From Gammaproteobacteria bacterium (lineage in GTDB: Bacteria > Pseudomonadota > Gammaproteobacteria > Eutrophobiales > Eutrophobiaceae), in contig CAXMWX010000011.1 in assembly GCA_963422205.2 (NCBI GenBank), positions 69,673 to 133,672 of the forward strand: a stretch of 64,000 nucleotides of DNA, written 5' to 3'. The position numbers and the translations under genes were made by a program. Shown one piece after another: positions 1-11,455 of the stretch (positions are counted from its first letter, which is position 1; each line of letters begins with the position of its first letter). The notes below the pieces were generated by a model that was not told where the DNA came from, made no database searches, and saw only the letters and a program-made list of their open reading frames with translations.

Positions 1-1934
1 ATGCCTGACTGCAAAGGCCCGGGGCGAAATAAGGCCACCAGGGCGATCAGATCATCAAACGCATCTGGCTTCAGGCGCCTTAACAGCTTCTTTATCCCTT
101 CCGATTCCAGCTGAAATACCGCCGTGGTATCCATACGCTGCACCAGTTCATAGGTGGCGGCATCGTCTAACGGGATCTGCCGAATATCCAGTTGCTCGGC
201 AGAGTCTGCCAACAACAGCCGATTGACATCACGCACTGCCCAATCGATGATGGTTAAGGTACGCAGGCCAAGAAAATCAAATTTTACCAGGCCGACAGAT
301 TCAACATCGCCCATGTCAAATTGGGTTGAGGTCACTCTTGACCCTTGCTCAGCATACAGCGGCATGTATCTGGTCAGTGCATGAGGGGCGATCACAAGAC
401 CGCCGGCATGTTTGCCGGCATTACGGGATATGCCTTCAATTTTTTTTGCCAGATCGATCAGCATCCTGACCTCTTCCTCATCCTGATAGCGCTGTTTGAG
501 CAGCTCCTCTTCAGACAGCGCCTTATCCAGCGTCATATTCAAATCAAACGGAATAAGCCGGGCGATCTGATCGACAAACCCATACGGATGTCCCAGCACA
601 CGGCCAATATCCCGGACGACCGCTTTTGCCTTCATGCGATCAAAGGTGATGATCTGGGAGACATGATCATGGCCGTATTTTCGTGCGACATAGTCGATGA
701 CCTCATCCCGCCTCTCCATGCAGAAGTCGATATCAAAGTCCGGCAGCGAGACTCGTTCGGGATTTAAAAACCGTTCAAATAGCAACTCATAAGCCAGCGG
801 ATCAGGATCGGTGATCCCAAGGGCATAGGCGACCAGAGAACCAGCCCCTGAGCCTCTGCCGGGACCAACCGGTATATCCTGCTGCTTCGCCCAATTAATA
901 AAATCAGCCACGATGAGAAAATAGCCGGAGAAACCCATTGCGGTAATGACATCCAGCTCATGTTGCAATCGCTCTTCGTAGGACTCACGACTGATCTGTG
1001 GTTGCTTGTGCATATCAGCCTCTACAAGCACCTGCAAACCGGCCTTGGCCTCGGCAACAAGCCAGCTATTCTGATCATGGGAGTCCGGCACCGGAAAATC
1101 AGGCAGATAATACTCACCCAGAGTCAATTCAAGACTGCAACGCTGGGCGATAAGATAGCTGTTCTGTATCGCCTCCGGTATATCCTGAAACAGCGCAGTC
1201 ATCTGTTCAGCCGATTTAAAATACTGTTCGGGGCTGTAATGATGTGGCCGCCTCGGATCATTGAGTGTATATCCCTGGTGAATACACACCCTGGCCTCAT
1301 GGGCCTGGAAATCCTCTGCATGGAGAAAACGTACATCGTTACTGGCGATAACAGGCAGTTGAAATTCAGCGGCAAAGCGCACGGCCTGTTCGGTATGGAT
1401 ATCTTCGTGCTGACGCCCTGTGCGCTGCAACTCAAGGTAGAGCCGGTCAGGGAAAAGGTTGGTCAGTTTATCCATCCATGATCTTGCTGTATCAATATTA
1501 TGATCGATCAATGCCTTGCCGATAGGGCCAGTGCGGGCGATGGATAATGCAATCAAGCCATCGGTTCGCCCGTCAAGCCAGGCCATATCGATAACAGGCT
1601 CATCCTGCACCTGCCCTTCCAGATAGCTTTTGGTAATCAGCGCAGACAGATTTTTATACCCGGCCTCATCCTGACACAAAAGAATCAGAGCAGTCGTTTC
1701 CTTGTCCTGCAAGCTGCTGACCAGATTGATCTCCGCCCCGATAACCGGCTTGATGCCAGCCGCAACACAGCATTGATAGAACTTGACCATGGCGAATAGA
1801 TTGCTTTTATCGGTCATGGCCAGTGCCGGCATGTTCAATTCAGCCGCCCGACTGACCAGCTCATCAATACGCACTATCCCATCCACCAACGCGTATTCAG
1901 TGTGCAGGTGCAGATGAATAAAGCGCTGGGTCAT
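1..1934 (-). CDS. dnaE: DNA polymerase III alpha subunit, N-terminal ~644 codons; gene runs off the left edge of the window
   Basis: Absent from the supplied ORF track because there is no stop in the window. My own minus-strand translation from the ATG at 1934..1932 reads MTQRFIHLHLHTEYALVDG...GPGRGSGAGSLVAYALGITDPDP...LPDFDIDF...VKFDFLGLRTLT with no stop down to position 1. Canonical lpxB-rnhB-dnaE order. Confidence 0.9.
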   Translation of the reverse strand, partial: MTQRFIHLHLHTEYALVDGIVRIDELVSRAAELNMPALAMTDKSNLFAMVKFYQCCVAAGIKPVIGAEINLVSSLQDKETTALILLCQDEAGYKNLSALITKSYLEGQVQDEPVIDMAWLDGRTDGLIALSIARTGPIGKALIDHNIDTARSWMDKLTNLFPDRLYLELQRTGRQHEDIHTEQAVRFAAEFQLPVIASNDVRFLHAEDFQAHEARVCIHQGYTLNDPRRPHHYSPEQYFKSAEQMTALFQDIPEAIQNSYLIAQRCSLELTLGEYYLPDFPVPDSHDQNSWLVAEAKAGLQVLVEADMHKQPQISRESYEERLQHELDVITAMGFSGYFLIVADFINWAKQQDIPVGPGRGSGAGSLVAYALGITDPDPLAYELLFERFLNPERVSLPDFDIDFCMERRDEVIDYVARKYGHDHVSQIITFDRMKAKAVVRDIGRVLGHPYGFVDQIARLIPFDLNMTLDKALSEEELLKQRYQDEEEVRMLIDLAKKIEGISRNAGKHAGGLVIAPHALTRYMPLYAEQGSRVTSTQFDMGDVESVGLVKFDFLGLRTLTIIDWAVRDVNRLLLADSAEQLDIRQIPLDDAATYELVQRMDTTAVFQLESEGIKKLLRRLKPDAFDDLIALVALFRPGPLQSG

Positions 1935-1937
1935 GGC

Positions 1938-2525
1938 TTAACGCAGGTACTGCTTGACCGGTGCAAAGCTCTGCCGGTGTATTGGTGAGATGCCCATCTC
2001 TCGCAAAGCCGACAGGTGTTGTCGGGTCGGATACCCCTTATGCCTGGCAAAGCCATAGCCGGGAAATTGCTCATCCAGCATGACCATCTCCTCATCACGA
2101 GTAACCTTCGCGATGATGGAGGCGGCGCTGATGCAGGGTATTGTCTGATCGCCCTTGATAATTGTCTCAACCGGGATGGGCAGGTCCGGTGCCTGATTGC
2201 CATCAACCAGCACCTGCCTGGGTTGCACGATGAGCCCGGCAACGGCTCTTTGCATCGCCAGCAAGGTGGCATTAAGGATGTTATACTCATCTATCTCATG
2301 AGGCTCTGCCCGGCCAATGGCATAGCTCAACGCATGATCAAAAACAGCCTCTGCCATTATCCGACGCCTTGCCGGTGACAGTGTTTTAGAATCCGCCAGC
2401 CCGGCCACTGCAAAGCTTTTCCCCAAGATCACGGCGGCCGCTATGACAGGCCCGGCGAGCGGCCCGCGGCCGGCCTCATCAACGCCTGCACTTTGCTCCA
2501 TGCCGTGATGCTGTTCGGTTTTCAT
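1938..2525 (-). CDS. rnhB: Ribonuclease HII
   Basis: 195-aa ORF with a [14 protein letters not shown] active-site region. ATGA overlap with the lpxB stop. Conserved position between lpxB and dnaE. Confidence 0.9.
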   Translation of the reverse strand: MKTEQHHGMEQSAGVDEAGRGPLAGPVIAAAVILGKSFAVAGLADSKTLSPARRRIMAEAVFDHALSYAIGRAEPHEIDEYNILNATLLAMQRAVAGLIVQPRQVLVDGNQAPDLPIPVETIIKGDQTIPCISAASIIAKVTRDEEMVMLDEQFPGYGFARHKGYPTRQHLSALREMGISPIHRQSFAPVKQYLR

Positions 2526-3673
2526 AGCGCAGGGGATTGATCCAGCAGGTTCAGCACCGAGGCGGCAGCCAGGTCATGGCTTGTCGTCAACAGCGAACGA
2601 TGCAGCACGGTAAACTCCTGTCTCATGTTATCGCCCGGGCCGCTTCGTGACAGTAAGGGATGGATCGCATCAGCCAGCTTGTCCGCCTTGCAGTCGGCCT
2701 GAATATATTCCTCAACCAACCGCCTGCTGGCAAGAATATTGGGCAAGGCGATATATGGTATGTGGCTCATGGCCTTGATGATATGGTAACTCAGCGGATT
2801 GATTCTGTAAGCGACAACCATCGGACATTTGTATAACATGGCCTCCAGCGTGACGGTGCCGGATGCCAGTAAGGCCACATCCGCCGCCTGCAAGACAGCC
2901 GACATCTTCTGCTCATACAGATGCACAGTCAGCGTGTTATCCGCTGCCTCATCTATCTGCTGTGAGAACCTGGCACGGCTTCTTTTATCCAGCAGGCTGC
3001 TGATGAACTGGATAGTGCCATGACGCCTTTGTAATAACATGGCCGCCTCAATAAAGGGGACACTCAATGTGGCTATTTCACTGTCTCTGCTGCCCGGCAA
3101 CAGTGCCACGGTGGGCAGGCTGTGATCCAGGCCCAGCGCATCCCGGGCGGCCTGCCGGTCAGGCTGAAGTGCTATCCGGTTCGCCAGCGGATGACCGACA
3201 TAGGCTGAGGGGATCCCCGCCTGCTGATAATAGTCCTGTTCAAACGGAAATAAGGTCAGCATGAAATCCACCGCTTTTTTGATCTTGTGTATTCTGTTTT
3301 TTCGCCATGCCCATACTGACGGGCTGACATAGTGCACGGTCTTGATACCGTGCCGGCGTAACGCCTGCTCCAGACCGATATTAAAATCAGGCGCATCAAT
3401 GCCGATGAAGATGGCCGGCGGGTCATGCAGAAAATAATTCAGGAGGCGGTTTCTTAATTTCAGCATGCCAATGTATTTGCCCGCCACCTCGATCAGGCCG
3501 ATAACAGCAAGGCGCTCCATCGGTGCCAGGATCTTACACCCCACCGCCTGCAACTGCTCGCCACCAATACCGGCCACAACCATATCAGGATGCCGTTCTC
3601 GTAACTGCCGGATTAAGTCTGCCCCCAGCAAGTCGCCCGATGCCTCACCCGCCACAATACCAACACGCAGCAT
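2522..3673 (-). CDS. lpxB: Lipid-A-disaccharide synthase
   Basis: 383-aa ORF. N-terminus [18 protein letters not shown] is typical of LpxB. Synteny lpxA-lpxB-rnhB. Confidence 0.9.
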   Translation of the reverse strand: MLRVGIVAGEASGDLLGADLIRQLRERHPDMVVAGIGGEQLQAVGCKILAPMERLAVIGLIEVAGKYIGMLKLRNRLLNYFLHDPPAIFIGIDAPDFNIGLEQALRRHGIKTVHYVSPSVWAWRKNRIHKIKKAVDFMLTLFPFEQDYYQQAGIPSAYVGHPLANRIALQPDRQAARDALGLDHSLPTVALLPGSRDSEIATLSVPFIEAAMLLQRRHGTIQFISSLLDKRSRARFSQQIDEAADNTLTVHLYEQKMSAVLQAADVALLASGTVTLEAMLYKCPMVVAYRINPLSYHIIKAMSHIPYIALPNILASRRLVEEYIQADCKADKLADAIHPLLSRSGPGDNMRQEFTVLHRSLLTTSHDLAAASVLNLLDQSPAL

Positions 3674-3706
3674 ATAACCGTCACGTCGTCCTATGGCTAA
3701 CCGGGG

Positions 3707-4486
3707 CTAACGCACGATGCCACGGGATGAGGCGGCGATGAAGTCGTGAAAATACTGTATTGCCGGTGAGGTTGCAGTCATGGGCTTGATCCTGGCCAGG
3801 GCATCTTTGAGTAATAAGCCCTGCCGGTAAACACACTTGTAACCCAGCTTGATGTCCTCGATTTTTTCAGCAGAGAAACCATGCCGTCTGAAGCCTTCTT
3901 TATTCAGGCCGTTCGGTTTGGCCGTGTTACCGGATACCCTCAAATACGGCGGCACATCTTTGATGATGACCGAGGCGATAGCCGAGATCACATAAGCACC
4001 GATGCGGCAGAATTGATGCACGCCAGTGAAGCCGCCCAGGATCACATGATCATCAATCGTAACATGACCGGCCAGCGTGGCATTATTGGCAAACACCGTG
4101 TGACTGCCTACCATGCAGTCGTGTGCGATATGGACATAGGCCATGATCCAGTTATCATCACCGATCACCGTTTGCCCTCCCCCCCGCTCTGTCCCCCGGT
4201 GGATTGTGCAAAACTCACGTATGACATTGCCAGCACCAATCACCAGACGGGATTCATCATTCGGATGGTACTTCTTGTCCTGCGGATCATCGCCGATAGA
4301 AGCAAACTGAAATATCCGGTTATCCTTCCCGATTCTGGCAGGCCCCTTAATCACGACATGGGATCCAATCTGGCTGCCGGAGGCAATCGCTACATCAGCT
4401 CCGATGATTGAATAGGGACCGATGTCCACATCCTCATCAATGTCAGCCTTGGGATCAATGATGGCCCTGGCATCAATCACGCTCAC
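3707..4486 (-). CDS. lpxA: UDP-N-acetylglucosamine O-acyltransferase
   Basis: 259-aa ORF with hexapeptide-repeat acyltransferase sequence. Lies between fabZ and lpxB and overlaps the fabZ stop by 4 nt. Confidence 0.92.
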   Translation of the reverse strand: MSVIDARAIIDPKADIDEDVDIGPYSIIGADVAIASGSQIGSHVVIKGPARIGKDNRIFQFASIGDDPQDKKYHPNDESRLVIGAGNVIREFCTIHRGTERGGGQTVIGDDNWIMAYVHIAHDCMVGSHTVFANNATLAGHVTIDDHVILGGFTGVHQFCRIGAYVISAIASVIIKDVPPYLRVSGNTAKPNGLNKEGFRRHGFSAEKIEDIKLGYKCVYRQGLLLKDALARIKPMTATSPAIQYFHDFIAASSRGIVR

Positions 4487-4926
4487 GGGTCGGCTATCGT
4501 GGTCAATAAATCCGTATCAGCAACCCGCCTGCCATCGACTTCTGCAATACAGGCAAACTTCCAGATATTACGTCTTGCCGTGACGAACCTTGAGGTGATG
4601 ATAAGCTGATCACCCGGCTCGACGGTCTTTCTGAAACGGGATTTATCGGCACCGACCAGGTAGTATAATTTTCCTTTCTGCTCGGTATCCGCACCGGAAA
4701 GCAAGCCCAACATCGCCGATGCCTGCGCCATCGCTTCAATAATCAATACCCCGGGCATCACCGGTTTTTCCGGGAAATGTCCCTGAAAAAAAGGCTCATT
4801 GGCCGTGATATTTTTCACAGCAATGAGTTTGTCATTTGCTTTGACCGAGATCACTTTATCAAGTAACAGAAAAGGATACCGATGAGGAAGATAATTTTTT
4901 ATTTGATGGGTATTGAGCTCAGTCAT
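4483..4926 (-). CDS. fabZ: 3-hydroxyacyl-ACP dehydratase FabZ
   Basis: 147-aa ORF with LPHRYPFLLLDKV and GHFP...PVMPGVLIIEAMAQ hot-dog motifs. Confidence 0.92.
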   Translation of the reverse strand: MTELNTHQIKNYLPHRYPFLLLDKVISVKANDKLIAVKNITANEPFFQGHFPEKPVMPGVLIIEAMAQASAMLGLLSGADTEQKGKLYYLVGADKSRFRKTVEPGDQLIITSRFVTARRNIWKFACIAEVDGRRVADTDLLTTIADP

Positions 4927-4934
4927 AGCGTGGC

Positions 4935-5966
4935 TTAATCCTGTACTTTATGCCCGGTCATGGCCGCTTCAAGCAGGATCAGTTTTCTCGCCAGTTTATC
5001 AAGCTGCTTGAAGCGCACAATATTCTTCCTCCAGAGCGTATTATCAGTCGCCACCAGCCCGGCCGAGTATACCCCGGCGGTTTTGATCGAATTGGACACG
5101 CCCGACATACCCGTGATGATGACGTTATCGGCGATCTGAATATGACCGCTGATGGCCGAGGCACCGCCAATCATGCAGTATTTGCCGATGCGCGCACTGC
5201 CCGCAATACCCACCTGAGCGGCTATGGCCGTGTGCGCGCCAATGGTCACATTATGACCGATCTGCACCTGATTATCGATCTTGACGCCATCGCCGATTCG
5301 GGTATTTTCCAAAGTCCCCCGGTCAATCGTGGTGTTGGCGCCCACCTCCACATCATCACCCACTATCACAGCCCCTAGCGATGGCAGCTTCAACCAGGCG
5401 CCCGCCTCATTTGCCATGCCAAAACCATCGGCACCGATGACCGCCCCCGGGTGTATGATAGTGCGCTCGCCGAGCACCACCCCCTGTGCTATGACAACAT
5501 GGGCAAGCAGGCGGGTAGCCGTGCCAATCGTGACATGCGGATCAATACAACAGCCCGGCCCGATATACACCTGGGGGGACAGGCTCACACCGGCCGCCAG
5601 GATGCTGCCCGGGCCGATATAACAATCCTCCGGCACACGGACTGACGGATCAATCACGGCCGCTGGATGCACCCCGGGCGTGAAGTCCGGCCCAGGGGTG
5701 AGGTATCTGACCGCTTTGACAAATCCCAGATAAGGATCGCCGATGACAAGCGCCGCACTGGGGCAATGTGGTGCATCTTGTGCGCTGAGGATGACAGCCG
5801 AGGCAGAGGTGCTGGCCAGATGGGGATAATACCGCCGGTTGGCTAAAAAGGTTAAGTGGCCTTTTGCGGCATTCTGCAAGGTGGCCACACCTTCTATCAG
5901 TAACTCAGCATCACCGATGACTTCTGCTGTGATTGCCGCTGCAATTTCTCCGAGTGTAGCTGACAT
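4935..5966 (-). CDS. lpxD: UDP-3-O-(3-hydroxyacyl)glucosamine N-acyltransferase
   Basis: 343-aa ORF with a long run of hexapeptide repeats. Position skp-lpxD-fabZ. Confidence 0.9.
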   Translation of the reverse strand: MSATLGEIAAAITAEVIGDAELLIEGVATLQNAAKGHLTFLANRRYYPHLASTSASAVILSAQDAPHCPSAALVIGDPYLGFVKAVRYLTPGPDFTPGVHPAAVIDPSVRVPEDCYIGPGSILAAGVSLSPQVYIGPGCCIDPHVTIGTATRLLAHVVIAQGVVLGERTIIHPGAVIGADGFGMANEAGAWLKLPSLGAVIVGDDVEVGANTTIDRGTLENTRIGDGVKIDNQVQIGHNVTIGAHTAIAAQVGIAGSARIGKYCMIGGASAISGHIQIADNVIITGMSGVSNSIKTAGVYSAGLVATDNTLWRKNIVRFKQLDKLARKLILLEAAMTGHKVQD

Positions 5967-6012
5967 AGGCGCACAACATGATTAGATGGAAGTCAAGCAG
6001 GAGAGGCGAATA

Positions 6013-6540
6013 CTACTCGCCCCCAGCCCCTCCACTGCTGGATTTGAGCTGCTCAATCACCAGGTTGGAGATATCGACCTTGGGGCTGGCATAGATCACG
6101 CCTTCGTTAAGGATCATGTCGAATTTATGTTTTTTTGCGATGGCGTTGATAGCCGTCACGATCTCTTTTTGAATTTTGGTGATCTCTTCGTTGCGGCGAA
6201 AGGTCAGATCTTCCCGGAACTCATCCTGGCTGCGCTTCAGATCACGCCGCTGGTTGATGATGTCTCTCTCCAGCCGGCTTCTCTCCGACTCACTCATAAT
6301 GGCGGCATCTTTCTGCAATCTGTCTTCGAGTTCTTTTAATGCCTTCTGGGCGCTCACCAGCTTCCTGTCACGGGGGGCAAACTCTTTCTCTATCAGGCTA
6401 CGCATCTTTTCAGCCTGTGGTGACTGTTCCAGTATTCTGATCGCATTCACTGCGCCAATTTTATAATCCTCAGCCGGTGAAATACTGGCCTGTAACAGGA
6501 AAAACATGCCCGTGAGCACGGATAAAAAATTGATTTTCAA
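6013..6540 (-). CDS. skp: Periplasmic chaperone Skp (OmpH family)
   Basis: Charged coiled-coil-like body (EKEFAPRDRKL...RLERDIINQRRDLKRSQDEF) between bamA and lpxD. Start trimmed to the TTG at 6540, which follows GAGGAG by 7 nt and gives signal peptide LKINFLSVLTGMFFLLQASISPA. The longer track ORF overlaps bamA. Confidence 0.75.
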   Translation of the reverse strand: MKINFLSVLTGMFFLLQASISPAEDYKIGAVNAIRILEQSPQAEKMRSLIEKEFAPRDRKLVSAQKALKELEDRLQKDAAIMSESERSRLERDIINQRRDLKRSQDEFREDLTFRRNEEITKIQKEIVTAINAIAKKHKFDMILNEGVIYASPKVDISNLVIEQLKSSSGGAGGE

Positions 6541-6565
6541 CGCTCTACTCCTCAAATCAAAATGA

Positions 6566-8878
6566 TTAAAATGATGAACCGAAGGTAAACTGGAACGGTT
6601 GGGTCTCATCGCCCAACTGCTCGCCTATGGGCCTGGCAATACTGATACTGACCAGCCCGAATGGTGATACCCAGATAGCACTGATACCCGCGGAATGCCG
6701 CAAACTGCCAAGACTGAAAGAATCGCCTTCGCCATACACATTGCCGGTATCAAAAAATGCAGCAAACCTGACCTGCTTGAACTCTCGCAGGAATGGTACT
6801 GGAAAAATCAATTCCGCACCACCGATAACCCTGATATTACCCCCCAGCGGCCGGCGGAACGAATCCCGTGGCCCCAAGGTATTCTCTTCATAACCCCGCA
6901 CCGAACGCGGACCGCCGGCATAGAAGTGTTCGAAAAACGGCAGTCGGTCAGCACCAAACAACCCATCGCCATAGCCGAAATCGCCCTTCAGCGAGAAGAT
7001 AAAATCACTGAACAGCGGATAGAACCACTGCGTCCGGTAGCCTATTTTGAAAAACTCCAGCGAATCGCCAACCGCGGGCAGGGCAAACTCCGCACTGAGC
7101 CTGTGCTGTATGCCCCGATCTGGCAGGATGGCCCGATTGCGGGTATCGTATGTATAAGCGGCTGTCAATCTGAAAATATCAAATTCGCTGCCTTCCCGGT
7201 CAATAAAATCCCTGACCTCTCGGGCAAAGCGGCCGTCCTCGGACAGCCTGGTATTCTCATACCCCAGAGAGACAAAGACCGAGTTATATTCCGATATGGG
7301 AATGCCATAATTGACCGATGCCCCAAGCACCCGGCTGTCAAAGGCCGTGACGTTGGCATTAAATGCCCGGGTCTCCTGGTAGTTAAAATTAAACCCCCGG
7401 CTGATGCCGTCAGTAGTGTAGTAAGGGTTCAGATAACCGACCGAAAACCGCCTGTTGACCTCGCTATTGTTGAATGCAAATTGAATCCGCTTGCCTGAGC
7501 CTAAAAAGTTATCCTGCGTGATGCTGGTTTGTATTATCAGGCCCTGGCTTTGCGAGAAACCCAAACCGGCCAGAAAATTGCCAAACGCCCGCTCGCTGAC
7601 GGTGTAGTTGACATCCACCAGATCAGCCGAGCCGGGCACGGCGGGTGTTTCCACATCCACCTCTTCGAAATACCCCAATCTTTGCAGCCTGATCTTGCCG
7701 CGCTCTACCTGCGGTGTGGCTATCCAGCCGCTTTCCTGTTGGCGCATCTCGCGCCGTAACACCTCATCACGGGTACGTTTATTCCCGGAAAAATTCACCC
7801 GGCGCACATACACCCGCTTGCCCGGATCAACAAAGAAGGTCAATGTCACTGTCTTCTCCTCCTCATTGATATCAGGAATGGAATTGACGTTCGCAAACGC
7901 ATAGCCCTCATTGCCCAGCCGATCGGTCATCCAAGTGCTGCTGTCGGTGATCTGCTTGCGGGAGAACAGGCTGCCCTGCCTGACGCTGACCAGCCTGAAC
8001 AAGTCCTCTTCCGGGACGATAAGCTCACCGGCGAGCCGGACTGCAGCGATGGTGTACTGCTCGCCCTCGGTAATATTTATCGTGACATAAATGTCTTTTT
8101 TATCGGGCGTAATAGAGACCTGGGTGGAATCAATGCTGAAATTAATAAACCCGTTATCCAGATAAAACGACCGCAGGGTTTCAAGATCGCCGGACAGTTT
8201 TTGCCGTGAGTATTGATCCTTCTTGGAGAAAAACGAGAATAAGGTCGGCCCGGATAATTCAAAATCTTTCAACAGACGTTTTTCGGGATAGGCTTTATTG
8301 CCGACGATGTTTATCTGTTTGATCTTTGCCGCTTTGCCCTCAGAGACCTCGATAAAAACAGACACCCGATTATTCGCCAGCGGCGTGATTTCTGATGTTA
8401 TCTTGACCGCATACTTGCCCGCCGAGAAATACTGCCTTTGCAATTCTCGCTCCAGCCGGTCAAGCTGGGATTGATCGAACACTCGGCCGACAGCAAAGCC
8501 CACCTGCTTCAGCCCGTCCAGCAGGTCATCGGTTTTGATGTCCTTATTGCCGGTGATTTCAATCCCGCCGATGGCCGCACGCTCTTTCAGCACAACCACC
8601 AGGATATTGCCATCCCGCTCCAGCCGAACATCATCAAAAAACCCGGTCTTGAACAAGGCGCTGACCGATTCTGTGGATAATTTATCGGAAAACCTGTCCC
8701 CGACTTCAACCGGCAGGTAGTTAAATACGGTGCCGGGCGTTAGCCTCTGCAAGCCCTCCACACGGATGTCTTCGATAATAAATCCCTGAACAGAGCCTTG
8801 ATCTGCAAATGACGGCAATGCCGATGAGAGGAGAAGTATATAGAGTGACTTATGAAGAATGCGTTTTAAGCTCGTCAT
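6566..8878 (-). CDS. bamA: Outer membrane protein assembly factor BamA
   Basis: 770-aa ORF with a signal peptide, POTRA-type N-terminal repeats and a C-terminal beta-barrel ending FQFTFGSSF. Synteny rseP-bamA-skp. Confidence 0.92.
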   Translation of the reverse strand: MTSLKRILHKSLYILLLSSALPSFADQGSVQGFIIEDIRVEGLQRLTPGTVFNYLPVEVGDRFSDKLSTESVSALFKTGFFDDVRLERDGNILVVVLKERAAIGGIEITGNKDIKTDDLLDGLKQVGFAVGRVFDQSQLDRLERELQRQYFSAGKYAVKITSEITPLANNRVSVFIEVSEGKAAKIKQINIVGNKAYPEKRLLKDFELSGPTLFSFFSKKDQYSRQKLSGDLETLRSFYLDNGFINFSIDSTQVSITPDKKDIYVTINITEGEQYTIAAVRLAGELIVPEEDLFRLVSVRQGSLFSRKQITDSSTWMTDRLGNEGYAFANVNSIPDINEEEKTVTLTFFVDPGKRVYVRRVNFSGNKRTRDEVLRREMRQQESGWIATPQVERGKIRLQRLGYFEEVDVETPAVPGSADLVDVNYTVSERAFGNFLAGLGFSQSQGLIIQTSITQDNFLGSGKRIQFAFNNSEVNRRFSVGYLNPYYTTDGISRGFNFNYQETRAFNANVTAFDSRVLGASVNYGIPISEYNSVFVSLGYENTRLSEDGRFAREVRDFIDREGSEFDIFRLTAAYTYDTRNRAILPDRGIQHRLSAEFALPAVGDSLEFFKIGYRTQWFYPLFSDFIFSLKGDFGYGDGLFGADRLPFFEHFYAGGPRSVRGYEENTLGPRDSFRRPLGGNIRVIGGAELIFPVPFLREFKQVRFAAFFDTGNVYGEGDSFSLGSLRHSAGISAIWVSPFGLVSISIARPIGEQLGDETQPFQFTFGSSF

Positions 8879-8904
8879 TATAATGCAATTATAGCTGATT
8901 TTCT

Positions 8905-10281
8905 TTATTCAACCAAGCGCAAAATGTCATTATAAAATGCCAGGCTCATCAAGCCGAACAACACCACGATGCCGACCTGCTGTCCGATCAACTGCACATC
9001 ATCTGAGACCGGGCTGCCTTTGACAAACTCAATCGCATAGTAAAACAAATGCCCGCCATCCAGGAGCGGAATGGGCAGCAGGTTCAACACGCCCAGGCCG
9101 ATGCTGATGATGGCGAGAAAACCAAGGAAGGCAACCAGCCCAAGCTGGGCGGTTTTACCGGCATAGTGTGCGATGCTGATCGGCCCGCTCAAATTTTTAA
9201 CCGAGGCCTGGCCGGTCAGTATCTTGCCTAAAATTCGCAGCGTCATCATCGACATCTCACCGGTCTTGACCACCCCCCGCTTCAGCGCCGGCAACAGGGC
9301 ATAAGACTCGGTCGCCACCAGGCTGGCATCCAGCGTGAATGGCGCAGGAGCAACACCGGCAAAGCCCTTGACTGCCCCATTCTCCAGCCGCCGCTCAGCC
9401 GGCGTGATCGTGATATCGAGATACGCCTGATCGCGTTTGATCGTCATGGCAACTGGCTGCCTGGCCGCCCCTTGAATCACCTCGACAAACTCCGCCCAGT
9501 CGCCAACAGGACGACCGGCGACCGCCACAATCTCATCACCCGGCTGCAAGCCCGCAGCCTCAGCCGCCTGACCGGGCACCAGTTTGCCGATGATGGCCGG
9601 AACCGGCGCTCGCAGCGGTTGCAGACCAAGGCGGCCTAACAGATCACCGTCCGCCATGGCATCAATGCTGATCTGGCTTAATGCAAGCGAAGCCTGTCGG
9701 CTCACCCCCCCCACGCTCCGTGCATCCTGCAATTCAAGCTCGACCGGCGCGCCGGCGATGATCTTGCCGATGAGTATGTCAACCACACTGTTCCAGGTGG
9801 CGGTTTTAACGCCGTCAATGCCGATGATCTGCTCACCGGCGATGATACCGGCCGCCGCTGCTGGCGTATTCCCTGGCACAGCACCGATGATCGGCTTCAT
9901 GCCGGTCACACCGAGCATAAAGGCCAGCCAGTACGCCACGATTGCAAAGATGAAGTTGAACAGAGGCCCGGCCGAGACAATAGCCACTCGCTGGGCCAAG
10001 GATTTGTTATTGAATGCCCGGGGTAACTCATCGGCATCCACAGACCCCTCTCGCTCATCCAGCATCTTGACATACCCGCCCAGAGGGATGGCGGCCAGGA
10101 CAAATTCGGTGTTATCAGGGCCGGAGACCCTGCGCCACAGCGGCCTGCCAAAGCCGATTGAGAACCGCAGAATTTTTACCCCGCATCTCTTTGCAACCCA
10201 GTAATGGCCGAACTCATGGAAGGTGATCAACACCCCCAGGGCAACCGTAAATGCCAGGATACTTTGCAAAATATCACCCAT
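8905..10281 (-). CDS. rseP: Sigma-E protease RseP (site-2 zinc metalloprotease)
   Basis: [13 protein letters not shown] HExxH site in the first TM segment, PDZ-like middle region, C-terminal [13 protein letters not shown] motif. Start trimmed to the ATG at 10281 ([11 protein letters not shown]). The 517-aa track ORF would run deep into dxr. Confidence 0.88.
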   Translation of the reverse strand: MGDILQSILAFTVALGVLITFHEFGHYWVAKRCGVKILRFSIGFGRPLWRRVSGPDNTEFVLAAIPLGGYVKMLDEREGSVDADELPRAFNNKSLAQRVAIVSAGPLFNFIFAIVAYWLAFMLGVTGMKPIIGAVPGNTPAAAAGIIAGEQIIGIDGVKTATWNSVVDILIGKIIAGAPVELELQDARSVGGVSRQASLALSQISIDAMADGDLLGRLGLQPLRAPVPAIIGKLVPGQAAEAAGLQPGDEIVAVAGRPVGDWAEFVEVIQGAARQPVAMTIKRDQAYLDITITPAERRLENGAVKGFAGVAPAPFTLDASLVATESYALLPALKRGVVKTGEMSMMTLRILGKILTGQASVKNLSGPISIAHYAGKTAQLGLVAFLGFLAIISIGLGVLNLLPIPLLDGGHLFYYAIEFVKGSPVSDDVQLIGQQVGIVVLFGLMSLAFYNDILRLVE

Positions 10282-11455
10282 GGCTGTACTCCCCGACCCG
10301 CTGTTTGGCATAGTCACGTGCGGCCGCATCAGCCGCCAGCACACCTGCCAGTGAATCCGCCTCGCTGCTTTGCACGGCCTCCAGGGTGCGCTCAACCAGC
10401 ACCGGAATATCGGTAAATTTAAGGTGATTTTCCAGGAAATGCTGCACCGCCACTTCATTGGCGGCGTTCAATATCGCAGTGGCTGTACCGCCGGCATTCA
10501 TGGCCTGCCTTGCCAGATCAAGACAAGGGAAGCGGTTGGGATCAACCTGCTCAAAATCCAGCCGCCCAACGGCAGGCAATGCCAGCCCGCTCACCCCCGA
10601 TGTCATCCTCGCCGGCCAGGCCAAGGCGTATGCTATCGGTGTACGCATATCCGGGTTACCCAACTGTGCCAGGACCGAACCATCGGCATACTCTACCAGA
10701 GAATGCACCAGGCTTTGCGGATGAATAACCACTTCGATGTGTTCTGTGCTGGTGTTGAACAACCAGCAGGCTTCTATTAACTCCAGCCCCTTGTTCATCA
10801 TCGTTGCCGAATCAACGGATATTTTTCTGCCCATCTCCCAGTTAGGATGGGCGCAGGCCTCAGCCGGCGTTACCGTCCCCAACTCGGCCACCGGCCGGCA
10901 TCTGAATGGCCCACCGGAGGCCGTCAGCACGATGCGTCTGACACCATTTTGCTGCAAATTGCCCGAAAAATCAGGCGGCAGACATTGAAAAATCGCATTA
11001 TGTTCACTGTCTATCGGCAGCAACTCGGCCTGATTCTCCTTAACGGCATCCATGAACAGCCTGCCGGACATCACCAGTGCCTCTTTGTTAGCCAGCAACA
11101 CCCGTTTACCCGCCTTGACAGCCGCCAGCGTGGGCAACAAACCCGCCGCCCCGACAATGGCGGCCATCACATAATCCGATGCGGCATGAATCGCCACCTG
11201 TTCCAACCCCTCCCGACCGGCCAGCACCTCAACATTGACCGCCGCCGCAAGGCGTTGCTGTAGCCTCTCGGCACAGTCTGCATCGGCCATGACCGCCATC
11301 CTCGGCTGCCATTGAAGACACTGCTGATACAGGCCCTCGACATTGGTGTTGGCCGTCAGGGCGATCACATCAAATCGCTCCGGGTGTCTGGCGATAACGT
11401 CCAGCGTGCTGCGGCCAATACTGCCCGTAGCGCCTAAAATGGTGACCCCGGTCAT
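10274..11455 (-). CDS. dxr: 1-deoxy-D-xylulose 5-phosphate reductoisomerase
   Basis: [20 protein letters not shown]-binding N-terminus and LANKEALV motif. Start at the ATG 11455, forming a TGATG junction with the cdsA stop. Confidence 0.9.
   Translation of the reverse strand: MTGVTILGATGSIGRSTLDVIARHPERFDVIALTANTNVEGLYQQCLQWQPRMAVMADADCAERLQQRLAAAVNVEVLAGREGLEQVAIHAASDYVMAAIVGAAGLLPTLAAVKAGKRVLLANKEALVMSGRLFMDAVKENQAELLPIDSEHNAIFQCLPPDFSGNLQQNGVRRIVLTASGGPFRCRPVAELGTVTPAEACAHPNWEMGRKISVDSATMMNKGLELIEACWLFNTSTEHIEVVIHPQSLVHSLVEYADGSVLAQLGNPDMRTPIAYALAWPARMTSGVSGLALPAVGRLDFEQVDPNRFPCLDLARQAMNAGGTATAILNAANEVAVQHFLENHLKFTDIPVLVERTLEAVQSSEADSLAGVLAADAAARDYAKQRVGEYSHG

Noticed and set aside
6695-7498. 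Long ORFs in the supplied track that lie antisense to, or out of frame with, recognisable genes. Examples: 6695..7498 in bamA, 9584..10204 in rseP, 27957..28688 in manC, 29044..29835 in the HDAC gene, 29790..30482 in mtaB, 36132..36683 in the AEC gene, 42018..42620 and 43294..43866 in phaC, 45139..45783 in leuC, 46156..46917 in the TonB receptor, 51521..52234 in hyuB, 55453..56013 in the CoA-transferase.
   Set aside because: Each overlaps a gene with clear family motifs. Their translations are low-complexity Arg/Pro/Gly/Ala-rich strings typical of shadow frames in GC-rich coding DNA, and none shows a motif I recognise.
8905-10458. N-terminally extended versions of track ORFs: rseP at 517 aa, uppS at 300 aa, skp at 198 aa, the sugar dehydrogenase at 480 aa, FKBP at 254 aa, mtaB at 475 aa, the racemase-like protein at 267 aa, gntR at 249 aa.
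   Set aside because: The extensions overlap the upstream gene or an AT-rich promoter and precede obvious native N-termini, signal peptides or Shine-Dalgarno sites. Starts were trimmed as stated in each feature.
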